Shown one piece after another: positions 14,897 to 22,978 of a DNA stretch of 32,000 bases (position 1 is the stretch's first letter; each line of letters opens with the position of its first letter). The DNA comes from Candidatus Saccharimonadota bacterium. Its GTDB lineage: Archaea > Nanobdellota > Nanobdellia > Pacearchaeales > GW2011-AR1. The DNA is taken from contig JBAZYG010000001.1 of NCBI GenBank assembly GCA_041659445.1, forward strand, positions 60,001 through 92,000. Reading direction: 5' to 3'. A program made the position numbers and the translations under genes. The notes beneath the pieces are model-generated. The model ran no database searches. It was not told the origin of the DNA and saw nothing but the letters and a program-made list of their open reading frames with translations.

Positions 14897-15452
14897 AATA
14901 AGATTGAGGATGTTTACATGCAGGGCATTCTTTTGGAGCTTCTTTTCCTTCGTGAATATATCCGCAATTTCTACATTTCCATTTTACAATTTTATCTTTT
15001 TTGAAAACTTTTTTTTCTTTCATATTCTTTAATAATTTCCTATACCTTTTTTCATGCTCTTTTTCTACTTTAGATATTTCTTTGAAAGAATCTGCAATTT
15101 CTTTGAATCCTTCTTTTCTTGCAATTTTTTCAAATTCAGGATAAAGTTTTGAATGTTCTTCTAATTCTCCATTTGCAGCAGCCAAAAGATTTTTGTTTGT
15201 TGTTCCTATTTTTCCTGCAGGATACGACGCTGTAATTTCCAAAGACATTCCTTTTGATTTTTCTAAATGTTTAAAAAATATTTTTGCATGTTCTTTTTCA
15301 TTATCAGCTGTTTCTAAAAATATTGCAGAAATTTGTTCATATCCTTCTTTTTTTGCAACAGATGAAAAATAAGTGTAACGATTTCTTGCTTGGCTTTCAC
15401 CAGCGAAAGATTTTAATAAATTTTTTTCTGTTTCACTTCCTTTTAATTCCAT
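14871..15452 (-). CDS. rbr: Rubrerythrin
   Basis: 193 aa. Has a di-iron four-helix domain (ESQARNRYTYF...EKEHAKIF...ELEEHSKLY...EKEHEKRY) plus a C-terminal rubredoxin-like CRNCG...CPAC. TTTTTAAAA (15474-15482) lies 22 nt upstream. Confidence 0.93.
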   Translation of the reverse strand: MELKGSETEKNLLKSFAGESQARNRYTYFSSVAKKEGYEQISAIFLETADNEKEHAKIFFKHLEKSKGMSLEITASYPAGKIGTTNKNLLAAANGELEEHSKLYPEFEKIARKEGFKEIADSFKEISKVEKEHEKRYRKLLKNMKEKKVFKKDKIVKWKCRNCGYIHEGKEAPKECPACKHPQSYYEILEENY

Positions 15453-15489
15453 GTGTTATTCAAGAGAATTTAGTTTTTAAAATTTATGA

Positions 15490-16575
15490 TTAAAAATCTT
15501 TTTGTACGAGAGATTCTAATCTTTTCATTTCTTCCATTGGAACAGATACAATAGAATCTATACTATTAGGAACGTCGTCTAGTGCTTTTGCATTTGAAAT
15601 TTTTTCTTTTTTATCCAAAATGGAGTAGGTTTTGTTTGAATTTAAATCTATTACAAGAATTCCTTGACCATATATCCCACAATAGAATATTGGACCTTGC
15701 TTTGTTTTTACTGCATGAAGTCCTTCATAAAAAGTTTGAAAATCTTTTGTTTCGTGAATTTTTTTTAATATACTTCCATAAGCTAAGGAAAATAATTTGT
15801 CGCTATCACAAAATCTTAATTGACGACTTGTTCCTCCAAAATATAAAGTTTCTTCTAAAGAAGTTAATCCACATAAGCCAGTTTCCCAACCATTATGAAT
15901 TATTTCATTTACTGGAAGGGCTTTTCTTAATCCCTTTTCAGAATGGCTTTCCCATTTGGTAAGATAATAAAGACTTTCATTGATTGCTTCTAATTCATCT
16001 GCAGAATCACTTGTTTTTGTCAATAAATTTTTTTTAATATCCCTTATCTCATGAATTTTTGGAAGAGATACCACAATTTTGTTTTTATATTTTGTAATTC
16101 CTCTAGGTTCTATTGCTTTATATCTTTCTATTGCTTTTAAAAATTCTTTATCTGTTATTGTATTTCCTTCAAAATCTTTGTAATAATTTGTTGATACTTT
16201 TATTGTTTCATCCCAAAAATTTTGCACTTGCATATCTGGAAATTCAAAAAGTCCTGTTCTTAATCTTTTTCCTTTTGGAACGAATTTTGGGTTTTGTACT
16301 TGTTTATCCATTTTTCCATCTTCAATAGTGTCCCCAAAAAATCTATTATAACTAATTCTTAGTATGCAATCACTAACTGGAGTTAGAAGTTCATGATGTC
16401 CTGTATAATAAAGTTTTTTAGACTTAAAATCATAAAACAATCTTTTGTAAGTTCCAGATTCTTTTGTAAGAAATTTTATTGAAGTTCCATCTTTTGTAAA
16501 ATTAAGTTTTGATCCAGCATTGCTAGAAAAAATCAATCCATAATCAATTCCTAAACCTTCAAATTGAGTGTTCAT
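15490..16575 (-). CDS. Hypothetical protein (361 aa)
   Basis: Long ATG ORF. I recognise no domain. Confidence 0.6.
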   Translation of the reverse strand: MNTQFEGLGIDYGLIFSSNAGSKLNFTKDGTSIKFLTKESGTYKRLFYDFKSKKLYYTGHHELLTPVSDCILRISYNRFFGDTIEDGKMDKQVQNPKFVPKGKRLRTGLFEFPDMQVQNFWDETIKVSTNYYKDFEGNTITDKEFLKAIERYKAIEPRGITKYKNKIVVSLPKIHEIRDIKKNLLTKTSDSADELEAINESLYYLTKWESHSEKGLRKALPVNEIIHNGWETGLCGLTSLEETLYFGGTSRQLRFCDSDKLFSLAYGSILKKIHETKDFQTFYEGLHAVKTKQGPIFYCGIYGQGILVIDLNSNKTYSILDKKEKISNAKALDDVPNSIDSIVSVPMEEMKRLESLVQKDF

Positions 16576-16672
16576 ATTTTTTTGGAACTTTTAAGATATT
16601 TAAAAATTGTTATACTCTATTGTTTATATTTTTTGTACAAATCTTTATAAAAACATAAACTTAAATGAAAAT

Positions 16673-17266
16673 ATGGTTTTTTTTAAAAGAAAATTTCCAA
16701 GATTAGATGAAGATACAAAAAAGGCATTGAATAATTTAGATTTAGAAAATCAATTAGATTATGCTTACAAACATTGTTTGCTCGGGTATGGGATTGATGC
16801 AGTTATTCATGTTTATTTAATGAAAAAGGCAAAAGATATTGTAGACAAAAAAATTTCTTTAGAAAAATTTGTAGAAAAATATGGGTTGAAGGATTTTGAA
16901 AGCAAAAAACATGGTTTTTTAATGCCTTTAGTTAAAATTGAAGAAGAAATATTTATACCTAAACAAAGACAAGAGGATGATTTAAATCGAGAAATTGAAT
17001 TTTTTTCTAAAGATTATCTCAATGTTTTAATGCAAGGAGATAATAAAAATTTAAATCTTTTTAGATATCTTACTTCAAGAGATTGGAATCCAAAAGATTT
17101 AGAAAATTTAGAACTAATTGAAAACGAAATTTTATTTGGAGAAGAATTTTGGTTGAAATCTATGAAAGGTTTTCGAGATTGGCGTAAAAATAGTCCCAAA
17201 CCAAAAGATTTAGAAAAACTACAAAATAAATTGATTAAATATTATTCTCAATTAATTAAATATTAA
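16673..17266 (+). CDS. Hypothetical protein (197 aa from ATG 16673)
   Basis: The track start at 16607 is a TTG. The in-frame ATG at 16673 lies about 21 nt downstream of TTTATAAAA (16644-16652). Confidence 0.55.
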   Translation: MVFFKRKFPRLDEDTKKALNNLDLENQLDYAYKHCLLGYGIDAVIHVYLMKKAKDIVDKKISLEKFVEKYGLKDFESKKHGFLMPLVKIEEEIFIPKQRQEDDLNREIEFFSKDYLNVLMQGDNKNLNLFRYLTSRDWNPKDLENLELIENEILFGEEFWLKSMKGFRDWRKNSPKPKDLEKLQNKLIKYYSQLIKY

Positions 17267-17303
17267 TAAATTTTATTTGCTTAAGAAATTTTAAGATAAT
17301 TTT

Positions 17304-17933
17304 TTATTTAGAAAACTTTGTTACAGAAGGTCTGTTTTTGTTTGTTGGACTTTTATTTCTTAATCCTCTTGATTTTTTAGCTGCACTTGTCAAACCTCTA
17401 AAAGTTCTTTTTTGATTATTTGGTTTGCAAATCCAATTTATTGTAGAATCATTTTTTATTTCTGGTCTTTGAGGGTCAATTGCAATCACTTCATAAAATG
17501 ATTGTTTTCCGTCTTTTCCTATTAAATATGAGTTTAAAACAGTTAAATTTTTGTATTTATTTTCCACTCTTTGTTCTGCAATCCATTGATAATTCATTTT
17601 TAAATTTTTGTTAGTGTGTAATCTTTTACCTCTTCTTCCTTTGTTTGGTCTTGGTCTTTTATGACCTCCTCTTCTTATTTTTACTCGAATTATTACAAAA
17701 CCTTTTTTGTCTTTATATCCCAAAGCCCTTGCTCTGTCAATTCTTAATGGTTTTTCAACTCTTTCAAAAGTTCCAGATTTTCTCCATTCAATCATTCTTT
17801 GTCTTAATATTTTTTCGTCTGGTTTTTTCCAAGCATCTTTAATATAGGAATACATTCCTTTAACAGATTTTTCAGGAACTTTTTTTTCTTTCTGTTTTTT
17901 TTCTGTTTTTTGTATAATCTTTTTTTCAGCCAT
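17304..17933 (-). CDS. rpl15e: Ribosomal protein L15e with Lys-rich N-terminal extension
   Basis: Contains MYSYIKDAWKKP...RIDRARALGYK...VRRGGHKRPRPNKGRRGKR. The long start at 17933 is supported by TTTTTAAAC (17954-17962) at about 22 nt. No box lies upstream of the internal Met-27. Confidence 0.92.
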   Translation of the reverse strand: MAEKKIIQKTEKKQKEKKVPEKSVKGMYSYIKDAWKKPDEKILRQRMIEWRKSGTFERVEKPLRIDRARALGYKDKKGFVIIRVKIRRGGHKRPRPNKGRRGKRLHTNKNLKMNYQWIAEQRVENKYKNLTVLNSYLIGKDGKQSFYEVIAIDPQRPEIKNDSTINWICKPNNQKRTFRGLTSAAKKSRGLRNKSPTNKNRPSVTKFSK

Positions 17934-17953
17934 GATTAGTTTAGAAAAAGTTT

Positions 17954-17962
17954 GTTTAAAAA
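17954..17962 (-). promoter_or_regulatory. TATA box for L15e
   Basis: The coding strand reads TTTTTAAAC, about 22 nt from the ATG at 17933. Confidence 0.45.
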
Positions 17963-18026
17963 GGTTATGCTCGATGTATTATTTGATTATTTTAATTAAA
18001 CCGCAAGCGTTTCAAATCCAAATAAA

Positions 18027-18142
18027 TGATCCTGCTCGGATTTGAACCGAGGACCTCTGCCTCGCTGAACTAAACTAGTTTTTGATGCCAAACTTGTTGA
18101 GCATATCAGAGCAGCGCTCTAACCAGGCTGAGCTACAGGATC
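18027..18142 (-). tRNA. tRNA-Ile (anticodon GAU) with a 41-nt intron (18063-18103) at the canonical 37/38 position
   Basis: The reverse complement starts GATCCTGTAGCTCAGCCTGGTTAGAGCGCTGCTCTGATA, then the intron, then AGGCAGAGGTCCTCGGTTCAAATCCGAGCAGGATCA. Acceptor stem is GATCCTG/CAGGATC, D arm GCTC/GAGC, anticodon stem CTGCT/GGCAG, T arm CTCGG/CCGAG. The spliced length is 75 nt. Intron ends can form helix-bulge-helix: CUGA:UCAG flanked by the 3-nt bulges UA|U and CG|A. Confidence 0.85.
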
Positions 18143-18191
18143 AATTTATGTTTGGACAAAATTTCTAAATAAAGACAATTTATAAAAGTTA

Positions 18192-18872
18192 TTACTCTGC
18201 GTTTGGGTCCATTTCAAGAGATAATTTTCCATTTGAAAGAATATATTTTGTTAAGGGAAAGTTTATTGAGATGCTTTTTTGATATGCTTTGTCTTTTGCA
18301 ATTGCTTTTATTTCAAGCCCTTCTTCAAGATTAGTTATTGAAACATCGTTTATTGATTTTACTCCTGGGACATCTAATTCATATGTTAATTTATCTCCGA
18401 TTCTTCTTATTTGTGTTTTAGGTTCTTTTTTCTTTAATGTTTTAAATTTTCTTAAATTTTCATCGGAAAAATTTATTGGAAGTGTTTTTATTGGCGATGA
18501 TATTTTTTTTTCAGTAGAGTTCAATAAAGGAGTTACATCTTTTCCATTAATCATTAATCTTATTCTTGTATTTTCTGATGGTGTTTTATTAATTTTTTTT
18601 GATTCTGAAATATTTTTTTCAAATTCTTTTGCCATTTCTTTTTCAAGCATTTTCATAGTTCGGTTTATCATGCTTCCAAGAAATCCGGGATTAAATCCTC
18701 CAAGTCCACTAGCACTTGAAAAAAAAGGATTTTCAGTGTCATCTAAGAAATCATTTTTTCCAAGCATTCCATATTTTTTTGAATTTTCATTTAGTTTCAA
18801 TCCGCAACTAGGACAAAAATCATAACTTGATTTTACTTTTTCATTGCATCTTGGGCATTTCTTTTTTACCAT
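18192..18872 (-). CDS. Zinc-ribbon plus Hsp20/alpha-crystallin-like domain protein
   Basis: 226 aa. Has an N-terminal CPRCN...CPSCG and a long low-complexity linker. The C-terminal LTYELDVPGVKSINDVSITNLEEGLEIKAIAKDKAYQKSISINFPL...NGKLSLEM matches the sHSP pattern (DlPGv...dv.v......L.I.a......y.+.i.LP...NG.L.i). Confidence 0.65.
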   Translation of the reverse strand: MVKKKCPRCNEKVKSSYDFCPSCGLKLNENSKKYGMLGKNDFLDDTENPFFSSASGLGGFNPGFLGSMINRTMKMLEKEMAKEFEKNISESKKINKTPSENTRIRLMINGKDVTPLLNSTEKKISSPIKTLPINFSDENLRKFKTLKKKEPKTQIRRIGDKLTYELDVPGVKSINDVSITNLEEGLEIKAIAKDKAYQKSISINFPLTKYILSNGKLSLEMDPNAE

Positions 18873-18965
18873 AGTGTTTATTAAACGAGAGTATCTTTTA
18901 AAAGATTTTGGTATATTGCAATTTATTACAACAATGTTTAAATAGAGATTTTTAATTTGAAAAAT

Positions 18966-19358
18966 ATGGTAACTATTCGAACAAACAAAATTAAATTTTC
19001 ACCAAAAAGGTCTTTTTTTATCTGGGATTGGGAAGATTCTAAAAAACCTTATGTTAGAGATTTTGGAGCAAACATTTATTTTTTTATAAAAGATGAAAAT
19101 CCAAAAAAAGTTCTTGAAGATATTTTTATAGATCAAATTAAATCTTTTGAATTTAAAGCAGATATTGAAGGAGGAGTAGTTTTTGAAGGAGATACTGTAC
19201 ATGAAAATTTTAAATACCTATTTGCAAAATTTTCTGGTTCTAGGTTTCCAGAATTCGATTGGACTTTTTATGAATATCCTAATAAAAGAGATACAAGTAT
19301 AAGTAGAATTAAAAAAGAAGAAGATTTTTACAAATATTTTTCTAAATTTATTGATTAA
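18966..19358 (+). CDS. Hypothetical protein (130 aa from ATG 18966)
   Basis: The track start at 18957 is a TTG. The ATG at 18966 lies 22 nt downstream of TTTAAATA (18937-18944). Confidence 0.5.
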   Translation: MVTIRTNKIKFSPKRSFFIWDWEDSKKPYVRDFGANIYFFIKDENPKKVLEDIFIDQIKSFEFKADIEGGVVFEGDTVHENFKYLFAKFSGSRFPEFDWTFYEYPNKRDTSISRIKKEEDFYKYFSKFID

Positions 19359-19588
19359 TCTTTCTCTAATTTAGAAGGTTTTTCTTCTATTTTTAAAGGA
19401 ATAATTTTTAATTCGTTTGTTTTTTTATCATAAGATATTGTTCCCATTTTTTCTCCTGTGAATTTTGTCTCTTCATTTTTTGGAGGTTCATATTTTGAGT
19501 TATAATCTTGACAATAAGTTTGCTCTTCTGAAAGTTTTAATTTAAATTGAGTTCTCCAAGAATCATGTAATCCTTTAGGTGTTGGCAT
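19355..19588 (-). CDS. Hypothetical small protein (77 aa)
   Basis: ATG ORF. Its stop overlaps the stop of the convergent gene in a TTAA. Confidence 0.4.
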   Translation of the reverse strand: MPTPKGLHDSWRTQFKLKLSEEQTYCQDYNSKYEPPKNEETKFTGEKMGTISYDKKTNELKIIPLKIEEKPSKLEKD

Positions 19589-19648
19589 ATTTTAAATAAG
19601 TAAATTACTCTTTTAAATATTTATATACTCTTTTTGTTTAGAAGTAAA

Positions 19649-19915
19649 ATGCAATATCATTTAAGAGATTATTCAAGTACTGCTAAGAAAGATCATCTTT
19701 GTAATTATTGTTGTAGATATATTCAAGTGGGAGAAAGATATAATGCTTCTGTTTATGCATTTAAGGACTCTAGAATAATGGTTGTAAAATCTCATGCAGA
19801 CGGATGTGACTTTTTTGATCCTTTTGAAGAATGGCAAAAAGATGTTTTATTATTTCAAGAAAATAATTTAGAAGGAAAAGTTATAGAATTAAAAGATTTT
19901 GGATTAGTAGCTTAA
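19649..19915 (+). CDS. Hypothetical Cys-containing small protein (88 aa from ATG 19649)
   Basis: The track start at 19634 is a TTG. The ATG at 19649 follows an A/T box at 19611-19627. Contains CNYCC...HADGC. Confidence 0.45.
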   Translation: MQYHLRDYSSTAKKDHLCNYCCRYIQVGERYNASVYAFKDSRIMVVKSHADGCDFFDPFEEWQKDVLLFQENNLEGKVIELKDFGLVA

Positions 19916-19941
19916 AACTGCTTTATATTCTTTCCAACAAC

Positions 19942-19949
19942 TTTAAATA
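19942..19949 (+). promoter_or_regulatory. TATA box for MetRS
   Basis: TTTAAATA lies 22 nt upstream of the ATG at 19971. A second copy at 19954-19961 lies only 10 nt upstream. Confidence 0.45.
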
Positions 19950-19970
19950 TTTCTTTAAATAATATCTAAC

Positions 19971-21815
19971 ATGGTAAAGAAAAAATTTTATGTTACAACT
20001 GCAATAGATTATGTAAATGCAGCTCCACATATTGGACATGCTTTTGAGAAAGTCATAGCTGATACTCTTGTTCGTTGGAGAAAGTTAAAAGGAGATGAAA
20101 CTTGGTTTTTAACAGGAACTGATGAAAATGCACAAACAAATGTAAAAGCTGCAAAAGAAAAAGGAATTGAAACGCAAAAATTTGTTGATGAAAACCACAA
20201 ACTTTTTGTAAGTTTGTGTAAGAAATTAAATGTGGATTATAATCGTTTCATTAGAACAACAGAATTTGAGCACAAAAAATTTTCCCAAGATATTTTTAGA
20301 AAAGTTTTTGACAAAGGAGAAATTTACAAAGGAAAATATGAAGGATATTATTGTGTGGGATGTGAGGCTTTTATAACTGAAAAAGATTTAGTTGATGGAA
20401 AATGTCCGGACCATAATCTAAAACCAGAATTTATTTCAGAAGATTCTTATTTTTTTAAACTTAGCAAATATAAGAATAAATTGATTAAGTTTATTGAGGG
20501 CTATATTGTTCCTAACGCAAAAAAAAATGAAATTCTTTCGAGATTAAAAAATGAAGAGTTGAAGAATTTATGTGTTGCAAGGAAAAATTTAGATTGGGGA
20601 ATTGATAATCCTCTTGATAAAAATTTTAAAATTTATGTTTGGTTTGATGCTTTAATAAACTATTATTCCGGAGCTGAAGGTAATTGGCCTGCAGATGTTC
20701 ATGTTGTTGGTAAAGGAATTAATTGGTTTCATTCTGTAATTTGGCCTGCAATGTTAATGTCTGCTGAAATGAAATTACCAAAAAAACTTTTAGTTCATGG
20801 ATATATTAATTTTGGTGGAAGTAAAATGAGTAAAAGTAAAGGAAATGTTGTTAATCCTATTGAACTTGTAGAGAAATATGGTTCTGATTCTGTTAGATAT
20901 TTTTTATTAAAATGCCCAGTTTTTGATGATTCTGATTATTCAGAAGAATCTTTAATTAATCGACATAATAATGAACTCGCAGATAAATTAGGAAATTTAG
21001 TTTCTCGAACTGCAACTTTAATTGAAAAAAATGGTTTGAAAAAAACTGAAAATAAATTGCTTAAGAAATTAAATGTCAAAAAAATTGAAAAACTTTTTGA
21101 GAATTATGAATTTGACAAAGTTTTGAATGAGATTTTTGGTTTTGTTGATGTTTGCAACGAATATATTCAAAATAAAAAACCATGGGAAAATTCTTGCAAG
21201 GATAAAAGTAAAATACTTTTCGAAATCGCAGATTCAATAAAAGCAATTGCGATTTTACTTTGGCCTTTTATTCCTGAAACTTCTGAAAAAATTGCAAAAC
21301 AATTTAAATTTAAAGTTGGAGAAAATTCATTAAATGAAATTAAAAAGCTTTTGAGTGAAAAAAATAAAATAATAAAAGGAGAAATTTTATTTAAAAAAGT
21401 TGAAGTTAAAGAGGATAAAATTGAAAACAATCAAAAAGCTAATAAAGTTGAAAATATTGAAGGAATTATGACTATGGATGGGATTGTTGAATTTAATGAA
21501 TGGGAAAAAATTAATTTAAGAGTAGCTGAAATTAAAAAAGTTGAAGAAATTGAAGGTGCAGACAAACTTTGGAAATTAACTTTAGATGTTGGAAAAGAAA
21601 TAGGACAAAGAATTGTTTGTGCAGGAATTAAAGAGCATTACCCAAAAGACAAATTAAAAGGAAAAAAGCTGATTTATTTTTCAAATTTAAAACCAAGAGT
21701 AATGAGAGGAATTGAAAGTTCTGGAATGATTTTGGCTGCAGTTAGTGAAGACCATAAAAAAGTTATTTTAATTTCTCCTGAAAAAGATATTGAAAACGGA
21801 AGTAGAGTTAGTTAA
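19971..21815 (+). CDS. metG: Methionyl-tRNA synthetase with C-terminal tRNA-binding (Trbp111/EMAPII-like) domain
   Basis: 614 aa. Has class-I motifs APHIGHAFE (HIGH) and KMSKSKGN, and the knuckle CVGCE...CPDH. The C-terminus LRVAEIKKVEEIEGADKLWKLTLDVG...VCAGIK...LKPRVMRGIESSGMILAA is the OB tRNA-binding module. Confidence 0.95.
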   Translation: MVKKKFYVTTAIDYVNAAPHIGHAFEKVIADTLVRWRKLKGDETWFLTGTDENAQTNVKAAKEKGIETQKFVDENHKLFVSLCKKLNVDYNRFIRTTEFEHKKFSQDIFRKVFDKGEIYKGKYEGYYCVGCEAFITEKDLVDGKCPDHNLKPEFISEDSYFFKLSKYKNKLIKFIEGYIVPNAKKNEILSRLKNEELKNLCVARKNLDWGIDNPLDKNFKIYVWFDALINYYSGAEGNWPADVHVVGKGINWFHSVIWPAMLMSAEMKLPKKLLVHGYINFGGSKMSKSKGNVVNPIELVEKYGSDSVRYFLLKCPVFDDSDYSEESLINRHNNELADKLGNLVSRTATLIEKNGLKKTENKLLKKLNVKKIEKLFENYEFDKVLNEIFGFVDVCNEYIQNKKPWENSCKDKSKILFEIADSIKAIAILLWPFIPETSEKIAKQFKFKVGENSLNEIKKLLSEKNKIIKGEILFKKVEVKEDKIENNQKANKVENIEGIMTMDGIVEFNEWEKINLRVAEIKKVEEIEGADKLWKLTLDVGKEIGQRIVCAGIKEHYPKDKLKGKKLIYFSNLKPRVMRGIESSGMILAAVSEDHKKVILISPEKDIENGSRVS

Positions 21816-21831
21816 TTATCTATTTTTTAAT
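21812..21831. repeat. Direct repeat copy 1 (TTAATTATCTATTTTT core) overlapping the MetRS stop
   Basis: The 16-nt core is identical to 22156-22171. About 20 nt align if one T indel is allowed. Confidence 0.6.
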
Positions 21832-22115
21832 TAATCATCAGATTTATACCCTTTTGGTAATCCGTATTTTATAGTGTAATTTTTTATGGTGCTTTCCATA
21901 TCTGGATCAACCGAGAAAGTCATTGTTTGATATTCTTGAGGTTTTGTGTAAAAATCTTTACCATTACATTTTGGGCAAATTCTATAATTCCCCTTTATTC
22001 CGTTTTCTTCGCCCGGCTGTTTTAATCTATCTTTTGCAGGACCTTCCCAATCATTATTTGCACAAATCAATATAGTGTTATCTGTTATTTTTCTGGAAAT
22101 ATTTTTTTCATTCAT
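21831..22115 (-). CDS. Hypothetical protein with CPKC motif (94 aa)
   Basis: ATG ORF with ATTATAAA (22137-22144 on the + strand) 22 nt upstream. It is bracketed by the 21812/22156 repeat. Confidence 0.5.
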   Translation of the reverse strand: MNEKNISRKITDNTILICANNDWEGPAKDRLKQPGEENGIKGNYRICPKCNGKDFYTKPQEYQTMTFSVDPDMESTIKNYTIKYGLPKGYKSDD

Positions 22116-22155
22116 CTTTTAATAAATAATATTTAATTTATAATAATTTGTATAT

Positions 22156-22174
22156 TTAATTATCTATTTTTAAT
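22156..22174. repeat. Direct repeat copy 2, overlapping the MinD stop codon
   Basis: See copy 1. The offset between the two copies is 344 nt. Confidence 0.6.
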
Positions 22175-22970
22175 CTCTTTTTAATTCTCTCTTAAAGAAT
22201 TTTGATTTTGTTTTAGAAAACATCCATTTGAAAAATCCAGGTTTGTCTTTTGATGAATCATAATCTACATTTAAAATTCTTGCTGCAATTTCTTTGTAAG
22301 CCCTCGCAGATTTTGAAGTTGGATGAGTGTGAATTAATGCATCTTTATAATTTATAGATTCTTGAACAGAAATATCTTCTGGAATCATTCCTAAAATTGG
22401 TGCTTCAAGCATAGTTCTGACATCTTCGGGTTGCATTTCAGATTTATTTTTTCTAACTCTTGTAATAATAATTCCTTTAATTGGTTTATTCAAACTTTCT
22501 GCAATTTTTATTGTTTTTAATGCATCTGTTATTGCAGGCAATTCTGGATTTGTTACTAAAATTATTTCATCAGCGAGTCTCATTGCTGAAGTTGCTTCTA
22601 TTCCTAATCCTGCTGCACTGTCCACTAAAATATATTGCCCTAATTTTTTGAAATCTTCTTTATAATCTAATAATCTTTCTGGTCTTATTTGTTTAAGTTC
22701 TTTAACTGATAATGAAGATGGAATTATTTTTAATCCAGACGAATGTTCATAAACTGCTTCAAAAGGTTCTGCTTTATTTGAAAGAACATGATTTAAATTT
22801 ACTGGGACTTCTGGAGAATTTAAATGAATTCCGACGTTTGGTGTTGATAAATTTGCGTCAATTATTAATACATCTTTTCCAAAAAAATTCATTGCAGCCC
22901 CGAGATTTATGGCTGTTGTTGTTTTTCCGACACCGCCTTTACCAGAAGTTATAACAATTATTTTTTTCAT
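22170..22970 (-). CDS. minD: MinD/ParA-family P-loop ATPase with C-terminal amphipathic helix
   Basis: 266 aa. Has the deviant Walker A SGKGGVGKTT and Walker B ILVDSAAG. The C-terminal GFFKWMFSKTKSKFFKREL looks like a membrane-targeting amphipathic helix. Confidence 0.9.
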   Translation of the reverse strand: MKKIIVITSGKGGVGKTTTAINLGAAMNFFGKDVLIIDANLSTPNVGIHLNSPEVPVNLNHVLSNKAEPFEAVYEHSSGLKIIPSSLSVKELKQIRPERLLDYKEDFKKLGQYILVDSAAGLGIEATSAMRLADEIILVTNPELPAITDALKTIKIAESLNKPIKGIIITRVRKNKSEMQPEDVRTMLEAPILGMIPEDISVQESINYKDALIHTHPTSKSARAYKEIAARILNVDYDSSKDKPGFFKWMFSKTKSKFFKRELKRD

Positions 22971-22978
22971 TTTAATGA

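Noticed and set aside
16607-16672. N-terminal extensions implied by non-ATG starts in the track: TTG at 16607, 18957, 19634, 10095 and 29251, and GTG at 24773. The first ATG at 27219 is a similar case.
   Set aside because: In each case an in-frame ATG a few codons downstream lies 21-22 nt from a TATA-type box. The extended start would lie inside or on top of the promoter.
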